Shown here piece after piece: positions 26,332-39,851 of a stretch of 64,000 nt of DNA (its first letter is position 1; each line of letters opens with the position of its first letter). The translations under genes and the position numbers were made by a program. The stretch is taken from NCBI GenBank assembly GCA_964187785.1, contig OZ076409.1, positions 3,536,001 to 3,600,000 of the forward strand. Reading direction: 5' to 3'. Source of the stretch: Amphiscolops sp. MND2022 (Eukaryota). Below the pieces are notes generated by a model. It did no database searches. It was not told the DNA's origin and was given only the letters and a program-made list of their open reading frames with translations.

Positions 26332-28341
26332 CCGCTACCGCACTCCAGAGTGCGGGAAAGGCTCATTTGGCATACGTCGTCGAAGGGCATGCCTCGGCAT
26401 GCCCACAGACTATGGGCGTCGGAACGCTATGTGACGCGGCGTTGTAATAAGGACATACATTGCGAGGACGTTGGGGATGGCTGGGGATGATAACGGTCGA
26501 AAAGATAGACGTTATACTTCCTAGTGGTTTCAATTATTCCAATTAGGTTTTTTTAATTATTTGTTTTTATTTTTTGTAAACAAAAAAAAAGAGAATTGTC
26601 TTCAAGTTCATACATTCATATCAAACACTGAAAGCAATCGTTAGCTGACCTGATGGAAGGATCTAACGATAGGATCGAATTACGAAAATAGGCATCGACA
26701 GCAAAATCAAATTAACAAATGGTAATTTTAATTATAGTTTTTTGTGGTGATAGCCTTCCCAAGTTGACACAAGGCCAACTTAAAAGGCTATCACAAGATT
26801 CAGTTTAAAGCTACATGTAAAATTTTCAAAAAAAGTGCAGTCTGGATTGTAGAAAGAGTACATGTGAGGACTGTGAACGGTATTTCCAATCATATTGGAT
26901 CCATAAGGTTGCGTTAGAAGTATTTAAAGGGTATTTAGGCACAATCATCGCGTTTCTATCTTAGCAAAAAAGTGTATTTTTTATCTTCTGCTTTCTTTTC
27001 TGCCATAAATGTAACCCATGCGAAGGTATTATTTCGGAAAACAAAAAAAATGAGAGGTTCTGATCAACCACAGTGTTCATTCATATTCTAACCTTAGAAT
27101 AAAGTAATTGAAAGCATTTTGCGAAGTTAGGTTTTTGAGATAATGGGCTAAAAATTTTGGAAAATACAGTACTATATGGGAAAAAAATGTCTCATACACC
27201 CCCTTGAGCAGGCCGATTACTTCAAAAACCTCATTATAGTGCTGAAACTCATCCTATGCACTCTGTGTACATAGTAATTGACAAAAATATGTAAACTTTT
27301 GGTGATCTCACATTTCACTGTGATCCCAGGCTTCCGAGATGTTTACTCCGATTTAGAGGTTTTGCTCTGAATAACGTCTTATCCCGACTCATATGTTATT
27401 GGAGCCACTGGTATCAGTCCCAACGGTGTTGTTGAGTATCATTAGCCCCACTGGTTACGTCAGAGTAAAAACTTTTGCTTCAAGTGCTGAAATTCAAATT
27501 TCGACTTCACCAAAAATGGGTATTCGAGACGAAAATTTTCTAAGTTAAGTTCCGAATGACTGAAAAATGACTTAAGACCGGGTGAAAAAATTTTTTTAAA
27601 ACTTTCTATTACTATAAATGGTTCCTACGTTGCCAGTGGGACCGTTCTATAACATTAAGACTATAGCCGACAAGCCTCGATGAAAATATTGTGTTCAAAA
27701 TGACCAATTTGTAAATTAAAACCATGTTGAGAAATCCTTGTGAAACACCTAAGACCTCGAAAAAAATTTTAAATTCACACTGGATGCAAACCGTTGGGTG
27801 TTTGGCAGCGAGTAGGTTCCGACAGAAACCATGGATACCAAGGTTTCCAATTTAAAGCAAATAAAAAATTTTTTCTGATGTGTTTTTGACATATGGGGTA
27901 CTGATAGTAGTGAAAAAAAATTCAAAAATCTCGAATTTTCGAAAAATGTGAAAACTTTATATCTTTTGGGTTCAGTGCAATGCCACAGCCACGAAATGAA
28001 GGTTCCAAGCTTGTTTCACAGTCAAAGTCCAAAAATTAACACATTTTGAGATATTAAGTGAAAAATTAGAAATTTCCCAAAAATGTTGAAATTTTGAACA
28101 AAAAATTGGCCATAACTTTTTATAAAGTTTATAGAACGCTTAGCGTCAGCAGGAACTTCGTCTTGCAATAGGATTTGAGGGCCGCATGCAAAAAATGAGC
28201 AAATTCCTATGGTTAGATTAAATTTTAGGTCTTTTTTTTGCAACTTCTGCTACATACCGCAAGCTTAAGGCGGATCGTCGGCCGCCAGGACCCTACCCGT
28301 CGGCCGAATACAAACGGGGTGAAATTTCCCCGCCCACCTAG
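26332..28341 (+). repeat. Unit 12, A3 (2010 bp)
   Basis: Close copy of unit 5. Confidence 0.9.
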
Positions 28342-31300
28342 CCGCTACCGCAATCGGGTGTAGATATAAAAAGTAGTTGGCATACGTCGTCGAAGGGCAT
28401 GCCTCGGCATGCCCACAGACTGTGGGAGTCGGAACGCTATGTGGCGTTGTAAAATGAAGACAAGCGAGAGACATGGTAAGGTGCTTGTTATGATGGATGA
28501 TAAAAGTAGAAGATACTAAAATCAAAACAAATTATCAATTTTCATTAAAAAAATTTAAAAAATGTTAATCGGTTGTGATTTGGAAACGCTAAAGACGTGT
28601 TTATGTATTTAAACTCTTCGCGAATGCAAAATTTGGATGACAGTCATTTGGCAAACGTACATTCCCAGAGAAGGGGATAGAATGAATGTACTTAATGGCA
28701 TAAAAAAATAGGAAAAACAAAGACTTGTGAGTAAATTTTATCATAATAGATCGAAAACTTCCATCATGTACACTAAGCTAATGCCACCAAAGGAACCCAC
28801 GCATACATGCTCGAATCGAAAATACTGCAATTTCTGAACGCTTTCCACGCCATTATTCATATAATAATTAGTTTCGCACTATTATGGTCAAAAATTGAAC
28901 TATCCTCTGAAGATCATAAATCAACGTCATCTTCAGATAAAGGTAAGTTCTACACGTTATTTATTTTAACTAAAATGATGCATTCCACATTCATTCCTTT
29001 ACTATCTTGGTTGTGTAGACGTTTCATGATTTTGGAAAGTTTTGAGACAACTTGTAATCTTCCTGTCATACCTTTGTTCACTGGGTAATACAGTCGAACT
29101 TAACTGCGAAAAATATGTATGTCTTATGGTTTTGTTCTGCAGAAATAAAAGGTGAAGCAAAAAATCTTGAAGTTATTAGAAGAATAATTATTCTTTCATC
29201 ATTTCAGCTGTTACAGTAAGTGTTAAAAAAGATAAAAAGATCTAAGTTTTCAGTTTTTGAAAAGTACATTCTCATCTCCCCGATAGGGAGATGGAATGTA
29301 CTTAAGTGTTTTTTGTTATCGATTTGTTAAGATTGAAGTTGATTGGACGTATTCCATTGACTTTTCGATGAAACTTGGAATCCATTTACGTATTATCACA
29401 TCTCAACCTTTTATGAAGCTCACATTCAAAAAACATCAAGTATATATTTTTTTGCTAATTTAGAACATTAGACAGGGTATATATGTGGAATGATTCACTT
29501 CTTATATTGAACATATTATGGTTTTCTTCAGAATAAAATTGGTCTTTTTAATTATCGCCCAATGTTAATAACTTGTTTGGTATACTCTGAAAGTCATATG
29601 GAAATGATAGAACCCCAAGAAGCTGGGGTTTTGATGAATATCTGACATTTTAATACTTAGGGTCAATTTTTCCGTGTGATTTTGGCCCATATTAGGAGGG
29701 TTTAAAATTTATAAAAATTCATCAAAAGTTATTCTAAGCAAACTTCTGGTAATCTACAAAAAGAGTATAGTTGATTGGTATGTGATAGTTTTCTGTGCTA
29801 TTGTTATACGCCAAATGGCGTGCATTTGAAGTTTTTTAGGAAATGATATGTTTTTCTTCCTCAAAAAAATCGGCTTTCCTAAATTTTGCTCAAAAACGCG
29901 CAAAACCTGGTTTGGCATACTCTGTGGGCCATGTGGAGTTGATAGAACCTCAAGAAGCTGTGGTTTTGATGATTTTTAGACATTTTAAAATTTTAGGGTC
30001 AATTTTTTCGTGTAATTTTAGCCCATTTTCGGAGGGTTCAAAATTTTTTATTATCCATCAAAATTCATTCAAAACAAAGTTCTAATAATCTACATTAGGA
30101 GTAGAGTTGATCGGTATATGATAGTTTTCTGTGCTATTCTTATACGCCAAATGGCGTGCATGTGAATTTTTTTAGGAAATGTTATGTTTTTCTTTCCCAA
30201 AAATGTCGGCTTTTCCACATACTGCTCAAAAACGGGTAAAACCTGTTTTAGCGTACTCTGTGGACCATGTGGAGTTGATAGAACCCCAAGAAGCTGTGGT
30301 TTTGATGATTTTTCGACATTTTAATATTTTAAGGACAATTTTTTCGTGTAATTTTTGCCCACTTTTGGAGGGTTTATATTTTTTTTATTATCCGTCTAAT
30401 TTTCATTTGAACTAACTTCTAATCATCTACAATGAAAGTAGAGTTGATCGGTATGTGATAGTTTTCTGTGCTATTCTCATACGGCAAATGGCGTGCATTT
30501 GAAATATTTTAGGAAATGGTATGTTTTTCTTTCCCAAAAATGTCGGCTTTTTCACATATTGCTCAAAAACGGGTAAAACCTGTTTTAGCGTACTCTGTGG
30601 ACCACGTGGAGTTGATAGAACCCCAAGAAGCTGTGGTTTTGATGATTTTTTGACATTTTAAAATTTTAAGGTCAATTTTTTCGTGTAATTTTGGTCCATT
30701 TTTGGAGGGTTCAAAATTTTTTAATATTCTTCAAAATTCAATCAAAACAAAATTCTAATAGTCTACAATGGGAGTAGAGTTGATCGGTATATGATAGTTT
30801 TCTGTGCTATTCTTATACGTCAAATGGCGTGCATTTGAAATTTTTTAGGAAATGGTATGATTTTTAGGATTTTCGTCAAAAAAGTTTGCTTTTTAAATTC
30901 ATTTAAATTGAAAAGATACGGGGTTATTACACATGTCTTATAATCAACTTTTTGAGCGGAATCCATTGGTGCCTTCGAAAAAATTATTTATCAGCTAACA
31001 TTTTTAGTACTGCCAAAATAACCAAAAAAGGAAACAATTTTTTCTTGCTTTTGCGATTTGTTCATCCGGACATGGTCCAAACACCAATACTAGCAATCTT
31101 CGATCATAGTAATTGTTCTAACAATTCACCACAACCTTAAGAAACAATTCAAAGAGATTTTGAATATTAACTTCGTGTGACAAAGGGTTGAAATATTTGA
31201 AGAAGTTAGTAGAAAAGAGGAAGTTATTGCCTTATACAACACCTTGAGCAACCGATATTACGGTAGAACCTCATTTCACGACTGAAACTAACACAACGGG

Positions 31301-33102
31301 TTCTGTGTATTTAGTGATTGACGAAAAAGAAATATTTTTTGATGAAATCACTTCTCACGGTGATTCAAGGCTTTCAACATGTTTACTCCAGAATGAGAGT
31401 TATTGTGTTAAAAACATACAGTCGCATCTCATATGTTATTAGAGCATATGGTGATAGTCTTTTTGTTGTTGTTGAGTATTTTGGGCCCAACGGTTTGCTT
31501 CAGAGTGAAAAGTATTGCTTCCAAATCCAAATTTGAATTTGCGACCTGACAATAATGGGTTTCCGAGAAAAAAATTTAAAACCTAAGTGTTAGTAAATAG
31601 ACCTCGATCTTATTTATTGCGAATGTAAGCATTGTTAATGGTGTTTTCGAACCTCTTGGGTAAAAAAAGTGGCGTCAGAAGTTGTTGAAACGTTTTTGTT
31701 TTGCATCATTGGAAGTCTGTCCGTCCAAATTTTTGATTTTTGGAGCTACTGGTATTTTTCCTGCCACTAATGTAACACATGCAAGGCAGTTTTTTTCTAA
31801 AAACAAAATAGTTAATAGTTTCTGATCAACCACAGTGTTCATCTATATTCTAAGTTTCGAATAGAGTAACTGAAAGTATTTTGTCAAGTTAGTTTTTCCA
31901 GATAATGGGCTAAAATTTTTGGAAAATACAGTAGTATATGGGAAAAAAATGTCTCATACCACCCTTTGAGCAACCCGAATCCTTCAAAAACCTCATTATA
32001 GTGCTGAAACTCACCCTACGCACTCTGTGCACATAGTAATTGGCGAAAATGGGTAACTTTTTGATGAAATCACATTTCACAGAGATCCCTGGCTTGCGAG
32101 ATGTTTACCTCAATTGAGACGTATGGCTAAAAATAACGTCTTATCGCGACTCATATGTTATTTGAGCCAATGGTACCAACCCCAATCGTTGTTTTGAGTA
32201 TCATGGGCCCCATTGGTTACGTCAGAGTTAATAATTGTGCTTAAAAAGCTGAATTTGAGTTTTCGACCTGACAAAAAATGGGTTTTTGAGACGAAATTTT
32301 TCTAAGATAAGTTCCGAATGTCTGAAAAATGATGGAAGAACGGGTGAAAAAAATTTTTTATAACTTTGTATTTCTATAAATGGTTAACACGTTGCCAGTA
32401 GGACCGTTCGTAAGCAATAAGACTCTATCCGACACGCCTCGATGGAAATATGATGTTGAAAATGACCAATTTGTAATATGAAACTAAGTTGTGAAATCCT
32501 TGTGAAACACCTATGACCTCGAAAAAAAATTTAAATTCACATTGGATGCAAACTGTTGAGTGTTTGGCTGCGAGTAGGTTCCGACAGAAACCATGGATAC
32601 CAAGGTTTCTAAATTTAAGCAAATAAAATTTTTTTTCTGAGGTGTTTTTGTCACATTGGTTACATATAGTAGTGAAACCCGAGTCAATTTGGTCAAATTT
32701 TTGGAAAATGTAAAAGTTTTAGATCTTTTGGGTCTAGTGCATTGCTAGGGCAAAGAATCGAAGGTTTAAACCAGTGATAGGTCGATTGTCACAAGTTTTT
32801 CAATTTTTTGCATTCGAGCTGTTTGTAAAAAGTATCTCAAAAATACCTCAAAAATCGCACTAAAAAGTGGCTATATCTCGTTACACAATGAAACCATCGC
32901 TTAACGTCAGCAGGAACTTCGTCTTGTATGCCCAAATTAGGGCCGCATGCAAAAAATGGTACAAATCCTATGGTTCAAAAAAAAGTTCGGTGCCGGAAAA
33001 ATTTTCTCTAGTATATAGCGCCGTAAGCTTGGTAAATAGAAGCTCCCGACAGGACCCTACCCGCGGTCGCAAAAAAAGTGGAGATATATCCCCCCCACCT
33101 AG
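28342..33102 (+). repeat. Unit 13, C-type (4761 bp)
   Basis: Unique head, GTACATTC hairpin at 29264, 4x336 bp repeat (~29530-30900), then duplicated A-like body. Confidence 0.9.
29264..29301. other. Internal bulged hairpin, C/D class (GTACATTC-T-CATCTCCC loop GGGAGATG-GAATGTAC); example copy
   Basis: 16-bp stem with one extrahelical T; also at 36012, 42115 and 48060. Confidence 0.85.
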
Positions 33103-35088
33103 CCGGGGAGCGCGGGCGTAGGCCCGCGGTATTCGGCATACGTCGTCGAAGGGCATGCCTCGGCATGCCCACAGACTGTGCACGTCGCAACACTATGTGG
33201 CGTTGTACAGTATGACAGAGAGCGTGGCTGTAGGAAGTTGATGGGCCTAATAACAGTAGAAAAAGAAAAACAAAAACGGTAAAGACTCAATTTTGAATAA
33301 TTTGGATAAGTTTGATGTTTATTTTTAGCACAAAATTAATAAATATGACTTCGAGTTCATAGGTATTTATCAAAGACTGAATGCAATCGACAGGTGACTT
33401 AATGGAAGGTACTAACGGTAGTATAGAATCACGAAATTATATATAGACTGTCATTTCCAATGAACAAAAAAAAATTTTTGTTGAAAATTTTTTGATGTGA
33501 TAGCCTTCCCAAGTTGACACAAGGCCAACTTAAAAGGCTATCACGAGATTCAGTTAACAGGTACTTGAATAATTTGCGAAAATTGTTCAGTCAGGATCGT
33601 TGAAAGACCATATGTCACCATTGTGAATAGCAGTTTTGATCATTTTGGGTGCGTAAGGTTGCGTTAGAAGTGTTTAAAGAGTTTTTAGACACAATCATTG
33701 CGATTCTATATTAGCAAAAAAGCTTATTTTTCAGTTTCGATTTTTATTCCTGCTACAAATGTAACACATGCGAAGGGAAATATTTCGGAAAACGAAAGAG
33801 ATGAAAGTTTCTGATCAACCACAGTGTTCATCTATAATGTAACCTTTGAATAAAGTAGTTGAAAGTATTTTGTCAAGTTTGTATTTCCAGATATTGGGCT
33901 AAAAATTTTGGAAAATACAGTAGTATATGGGACAAAATTGTCTCATACCACCCCTTGAGCAACTCGATACCTTCAAAAACCTCATTATAGTGCTGAAACG
34001 CACCCTACGCATTCTGTGCACATAGTGATTGACAAAACTGAGTAAAATTTTGATGAAATCACATTTCACAGTGATCGCTGGCTTGCGAGATCTTTACCTC
34101 AATTGAGACGTATTGCTCAAAGTAACGTCTTATCGCGACTCATATGTTATTGGAGCCACTGATACCAGTGTCAATCGTTGTTTTGAGTATCATGGGCCCC
34201 ATGGGTTACGTCAGAGTTAATAATTTTGCTTAAAAAGTTGAATTTGATTATTCGACCTGACAAAAAATGGGTATTTTGGTCGAAATTTTTCTAAGTTAAG
34301 TTCCGAATGACTGAAAAATGACTGAAGACCGGGTGAAAATATATTTTTTAAAACTTTCTAATACTATAAATGGTTCCTACATTGCCAGTGAGACCGTTCT
34401 AGAACATTAAGGCTATAGCCGACAAGCTTCGATGGAAATAATGTGTTCAAAATGACCAATTTGTAAATTGATACTAAGTTGAGAAATCCTTGTGAAACAC
34501 CTAAGACCTCCAAAAAAATTTTATTTTCACATTGGATGCAAACTGTTGAGCGTTTTGCAGCGAGTAGGTACTGACGGAAACCATGGATACCGAGGTTTCT
34601 AAATTTGAGCAAATAAAAAATTTTTTCAGAGGTGTTTTTGACATATAGTGTACTGATACTAGTGAAAAAAAATCAAAAACGTCGAATTTTCAAAAAATGT
34701 AAAAACTTTACATCTTTTGTGTTCAGTGCAATGCCACAGCCACGAAATGAAGGTTCCAAGCTTGTTTCACAGTCAATGTCCAAAAATTAACACCTTTTGA
34801 GTTATCAGCGACTTTGTTAAAAATTTCCTCATTTTACCCTTCTATGTGAGTGGAAATTGGGCCATAACTTTTTATATATTATTTCAATCGCTTAACGTCA
34901 GCAGGAACTTCGATTCGTATGGGCATTTCAGGGCCGCATGCACTCCAAGTCCAAAAAATTGTGGTTAGATTTAAAAATCGCGATTCTGTGTCGCCGTTTC
35001 CTACTAGATATTCTTTGCTATTTGACGTCCGGCAGGACCCAACCCGCCGGCCGTAATTTTTGTTGGGGAATTACCCCCGCCCACCTAG
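33103..35088 (+). repeat. Unit 14, A-type (1986 bp)
   Basis: A body; hairpin at ~33499; distinctive head CCGGGGAGCGCGGGCGTAGGCCCGCG. Confidence 0.9.
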
Positions 35089-38000
35089 CCGCTACCGCAC
35101 TCCAGAGTGCGGGTATGGCTCATTTGGCATACGTCGTCGAAGGGCATGCCTCGGCATGCCCACAGACGGTGGGCGTCGGAACGCTATGTGGCGTTGTACA
35201 AATGACGACAGAAGAGAGACATGGTAAGGTCGTTTGCATGATGATAAAAGTAGAAGACATCAAAATCAAAACCATCATCATTTTCGAGAAAAAAAATGTT
35301 ATTCGGTTGTGAATTGAAAACGCTCATCACATGTTTATGTAGTTAAACTCGTCCGGATTACGAATTTTGGATGACAGTCATTTGGCAAACGTACATTCCC
35401 AGAGAAGGGGATGGATGTACCTTACGAATGTACTCAACGGCATAGAAAGTTTAAAAAAACAAAGACTTGTGAGTAAACTCTATCATAATCTCTCGAATAC
35501 CTCCGTCATGTACACTAAGCTAACGTCACCAAAGGAACACACGCATGCATGCTCGAAACAAATATACTGTCCTTTCTGAACGCTTTCCACGGTGTTCTTC
35601 AAATAGTAATAAGTCTTCCACTATTGTGGTCACATATCGAACTATCCTTAAAAGATCATAAATCAACGTCATCTTGAGATAATGGCAAGTTCCACACATT
35701 ATTTATCTCATCTAATAAGGTGCATTCAGCATTCTTTCACTTGCTATCTTGGTTGTGTGGACGTTTCATGATTTTGGAAGGCCGGAAACTTTTGAAACAA
35801 CTTGTGAACTTCCTCAGTCATACCTTTATTCACTGAGTTATACAATCGAACTTAACTGCTGTAAGTGTGTCTTTTGGTTTTGTTCTGCAGAAATAGGAGC
35901 TGAAGCAAAAATTGATGAAGGTACTAGAAGCATTTTTATTCGTTCATCGTTTCAACAGTTACATACAATGTTACAAAAGATTTAAAATTCGAAGTTTTTG
36001 GCTTTTGAAAAGTACATTCTCATCTCCCCCGATGGGGAGATGGAATGTACTCAAGTGTTTTTTGTTATATAATAGTTAGGATTGAAGTTGATTGGACGTA
36101 TTCCATTGAGATTTCAATGAAACTTAGGGTCCATTTACGTATTATTACATCTCAACCTCTTATGAAGCTCACTTTCAAAAACCATCAAGTATAAATGTTA
36201 TCGCTAATTTGGAAATATTAGACCGGGTATATATGTGGAATGATTCACTTCTTATATGGAACATATTATGGTGTTCTTGCCAAATAGTCGGTGTTTTTAA
36301 ATATTGCTCAAAAGATTGGCAATACCTGGTTTGGTATACTCTGAAGGTCATTTGGAGTTGATAGAACGCCAAGACGCTGTGGTTTGGATAATTGTTTGAC
36401 ATTTTAAAAATTTGAGGTCAATTTTTTCGTGTCATTTTGGCCCATTTTTGGAGGGTATAAAAATTTTTCATATCCATAAAACTTTACTCTAAACATAATT
36501 CTGATAATCTACAAAAGAAGTAGAGTTGATCGGTGTGTGATAGTTTTCTGTGCTACTCTCATACGGCAAATTGCCTGCAATTGAAATTATTTAGGAAATG
36601 GTTTGTTTTTCTTCCCCAAAAATGTCGGCTTTTTCATATACTGCTCAAAAACGGGCAAAACCTGTTTTAGCATACTCTGTGGACCACGTGGAGCTGATAG
36701 AACCCCAACAAGCTGTGGTTTGGATAATTTTTTGACATTTTAAAAATTTAGGGTCCATTTTTTCGTGTTATTTTGGCTCATTTTTGGAGGGTTCAAAAAT
36801 TTTTTATATCCATAAAAATTTGTTCTTAACAAAAATCTGATAATCTACAATAGAAGTAGAGTTGATCGGTATGTGATAGTTTTCTGTGCTATTCTCATAC
36901 GGCAAATGGCGTGCATTTGAAATTATTTAGGAAATGGTATGTTTTTCTTCCCCAAAAATGTCGGCTTTTTCATATACTGCTCAAAAACGGGCAAAACCTG
37001 TTTTAGCATACTCTGTGGACCACGTGGAGCTGATAGAACCCCAAGAAGCTGTGGTTTTGATGATTTTTTGACATTTTAAAAATTTAAGGTCAATTTTTTC
37101 GTGTAATTTTGGCCCATTTTTGGAGGGTTTAATTTTTTTTTGCATCCGTCAACATTTGTTCTAAACAAGATTCTGGTAACCTACAATGGAAGTAGAGTCG
37201 ATCGGTATGTGATAGTTTTCTGTGCTATTCTTATACGTCAAATGGGGTGCGTTTGAAATTTTTTAGGAAATGGTATGTTTTTCATTCCCAAAAAAGTCGG
37301 CTTTTTCACATATTGCTCAAATACGGGTAAAACTTGTTTTAACATACTCTGTGGACCACATGGAGTTGATAGAACCCCAAGAAGCTGTGGTTTTGATGAT
37401 TTTTCGACATTTTAAAATTTTAAGGTCAATTTTTTCGTGTAATTTTGGCCCTTTTTTGGAGGGTTTAAATTTTTTTTGCATCCGTCAAAAATTGTTCTAA
37501 ACAAAATTCTGGTAATCTACAATAGAAGTAGAGTCGATCGTCAAGTGATAGTTTTCTGTGCTATTCTTATACGTCAAATGGGGGGCATTTGAAATTTTTT
37601 AGGAAATGGTATGATTTTTAGGATTTTAGTCAAAAAAGTTTGCTTTTTAAAATTATTTAAATTGAAAAGATACGGGGTTATTACACAGTTCATATAGCTA
37701 ATTTTTTGAGAGGAATCCAATGGTGCCATCAAAAAAATTCTTTTTCAGCTAACATTTTTAGTACTGACAAAATGACCAAAAATGGTAAGAAATTTTTCAT
37801 GATTTTGCAATTTGTTCATCCGGACATGGTCCAAACACCAATACTATCATTCTTCGATCATAACTATTGTTCTAACACTTCACCCCAACCTAAAGAAACA
37901 TTTCAAAGAGATTTTGAATATTAACTTCTTGTGACAAAGGGTTGAAATATTTGAAGAAGATAGTAGAAAAGAGGAAGTTTTTGTCTTATACAACACCTTG

Positions 38001-39851
38001 AGCAACCCATATTACGGTAGAAGCTCATTTCACGGCTGAAAATGACACAACGTGTTCTGTGTAGATAAAGATTGACGAAAAAGGAATATTTTTTGATGAA
38101 ATCATTTCTCACGGTGATTCAAGGCTTTCAACATGTTTACTTCGGATGAGAGTTTTTGTGTTAAAAACATACGGTCGAATCTCATATGCTATTAGGGCAT
38201 ATGGTGACAGTCTTTTTGTAGTTTTTGAGTAATTTGGGCCCAACGGTTTGCTTCAGAGTTAAAAGTATTGCTTCCCAAACTAAATTTAAAATTGCGACCT
38301 GACAAAGAATGGTTTCTCAGATATAAATGTATAACCTAAGTGTTAGTAAATTGACCTCGATCTTATTTATAGCGAATGTCAGCATTGTTAATAGTAATTT
38401 CGAACCTCTTGGGTAAAAAAAGTGGCGCCAGAAGTTGTTGAAACGTTTTTGCTTTGCATCATTGCAGGTCTGTCCGTCCAAAATTGTGATTTTTGGAGCT
38501 ACTGGTATTTTTCCTGCCACTAATGTAACACATGCAAGGCAGTTTTTTCCAAAAACAAAATAGTCAAGAGTTTCTGATCAACCACAGTGTTCATATATAT
38601 TCTAAGCTTCGAATAGAGTAACTGAAAGTAATTTGCGAAGTGAGCTTTTCGAGATAATGGGCTAAAAGTTTTGAGAAATATAGTACTACATGCAAAAAAA
38701 ATGTCTCATACCACCCCTTGAGCAGACCGATTCCTTCAAAAACCGCATTATAGTGCTGAAACTCACCCTACGCACTCTGTGTACATAGTGATTGACGAAA
38801 AAGAGTAAATTTTTGACGAAATCACTTTTAACTGTGATCCCAGGCTTGCGAGATGTTTCCCTCAATTGAGACGTATTGCTCAAAATAACGTCTTATCGCG
38901 GCTCATATGATATTGGAGCCATTGGTACCAGTCCCAATCGTGTTTTTGAGTATCATGAGCCCCACTGGTTACGTCAGAGTTAATAATTTTGCTTAAAAAG
39001 TTGAATTTGAATTTTCGATCTGTCAAAAAATGGGTATTTTGGTCGAAATTTTTCTAAGTTAAGTTCCGAATGACTGAAAAATGACTGAAGACAGGGTGAA
39101 AATATATTTTTTAAACTTTCTATTACTATAAATGGTTCCTACGTTGCCAGTGGGACCGTTCTAGAACATTAAGGCTATAGCCGACAAGCCTCGATGAAAA
39201 TATTGTGTTCAAAATGACCATTTTGTAAATTAATACTAAGTTGAGAAATCCTTGTGAAACGCTTATGACCCAAAAAAAAATTTTTATTTTCACATTGGAT
39301 GCAAACTGTTGGTTGTTTGGTTGCGAGTAGGTTCCGACAGAAACCATGGATACCAAGGTTTCCAAGTTAAAGCAAATAAAATTTTTTTCTGAGGTGTTTT
39401 TGACATATATGGTACTGATAGTAGTGAAAAAAATTTCAAAAATGTCAATTTTTCAAAAAATGTTAAAACTTTACATCTTTTGCGTTCAGTGCAATGCCAC
39501 AGCCACGAAATGAAGGTTCCAAGCTTGTTTCACAGTCAAAGTCCAAAAAATAACACATTTTGAGTTATCAGCGACTTTGTTAAAATTTTCCTCATTTTGC
39601 CCTTCTAGGTGACTGACAAATTGGCCATAACTTTTTATAAAGTGTTTCAATCGCAAAACGTCAGCAGGAACTTCGATTCGTATGGCCATTTCATGGCCGC
39701 ATGCAATCTAAACCCAAATTCTAACGGTTAAATAAAAAAATAGCTCGTTTGACCGGCCGTTTTCTACTAGTATATTTTTGATTTTGGACGGCCGGCAGGA
39801 CCCTACCCGCCGGCCGATTTTTTAGTTGGGGAATTACCCCCGCCCACCTAG
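35089..39851 (+). repeat. Unit 15, diverged C-type (4763 bp)
   Basis: C architecture with 4x336 bp repeat (~36280-37650); tail matches that of unit 7. Confidence 0.9.
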
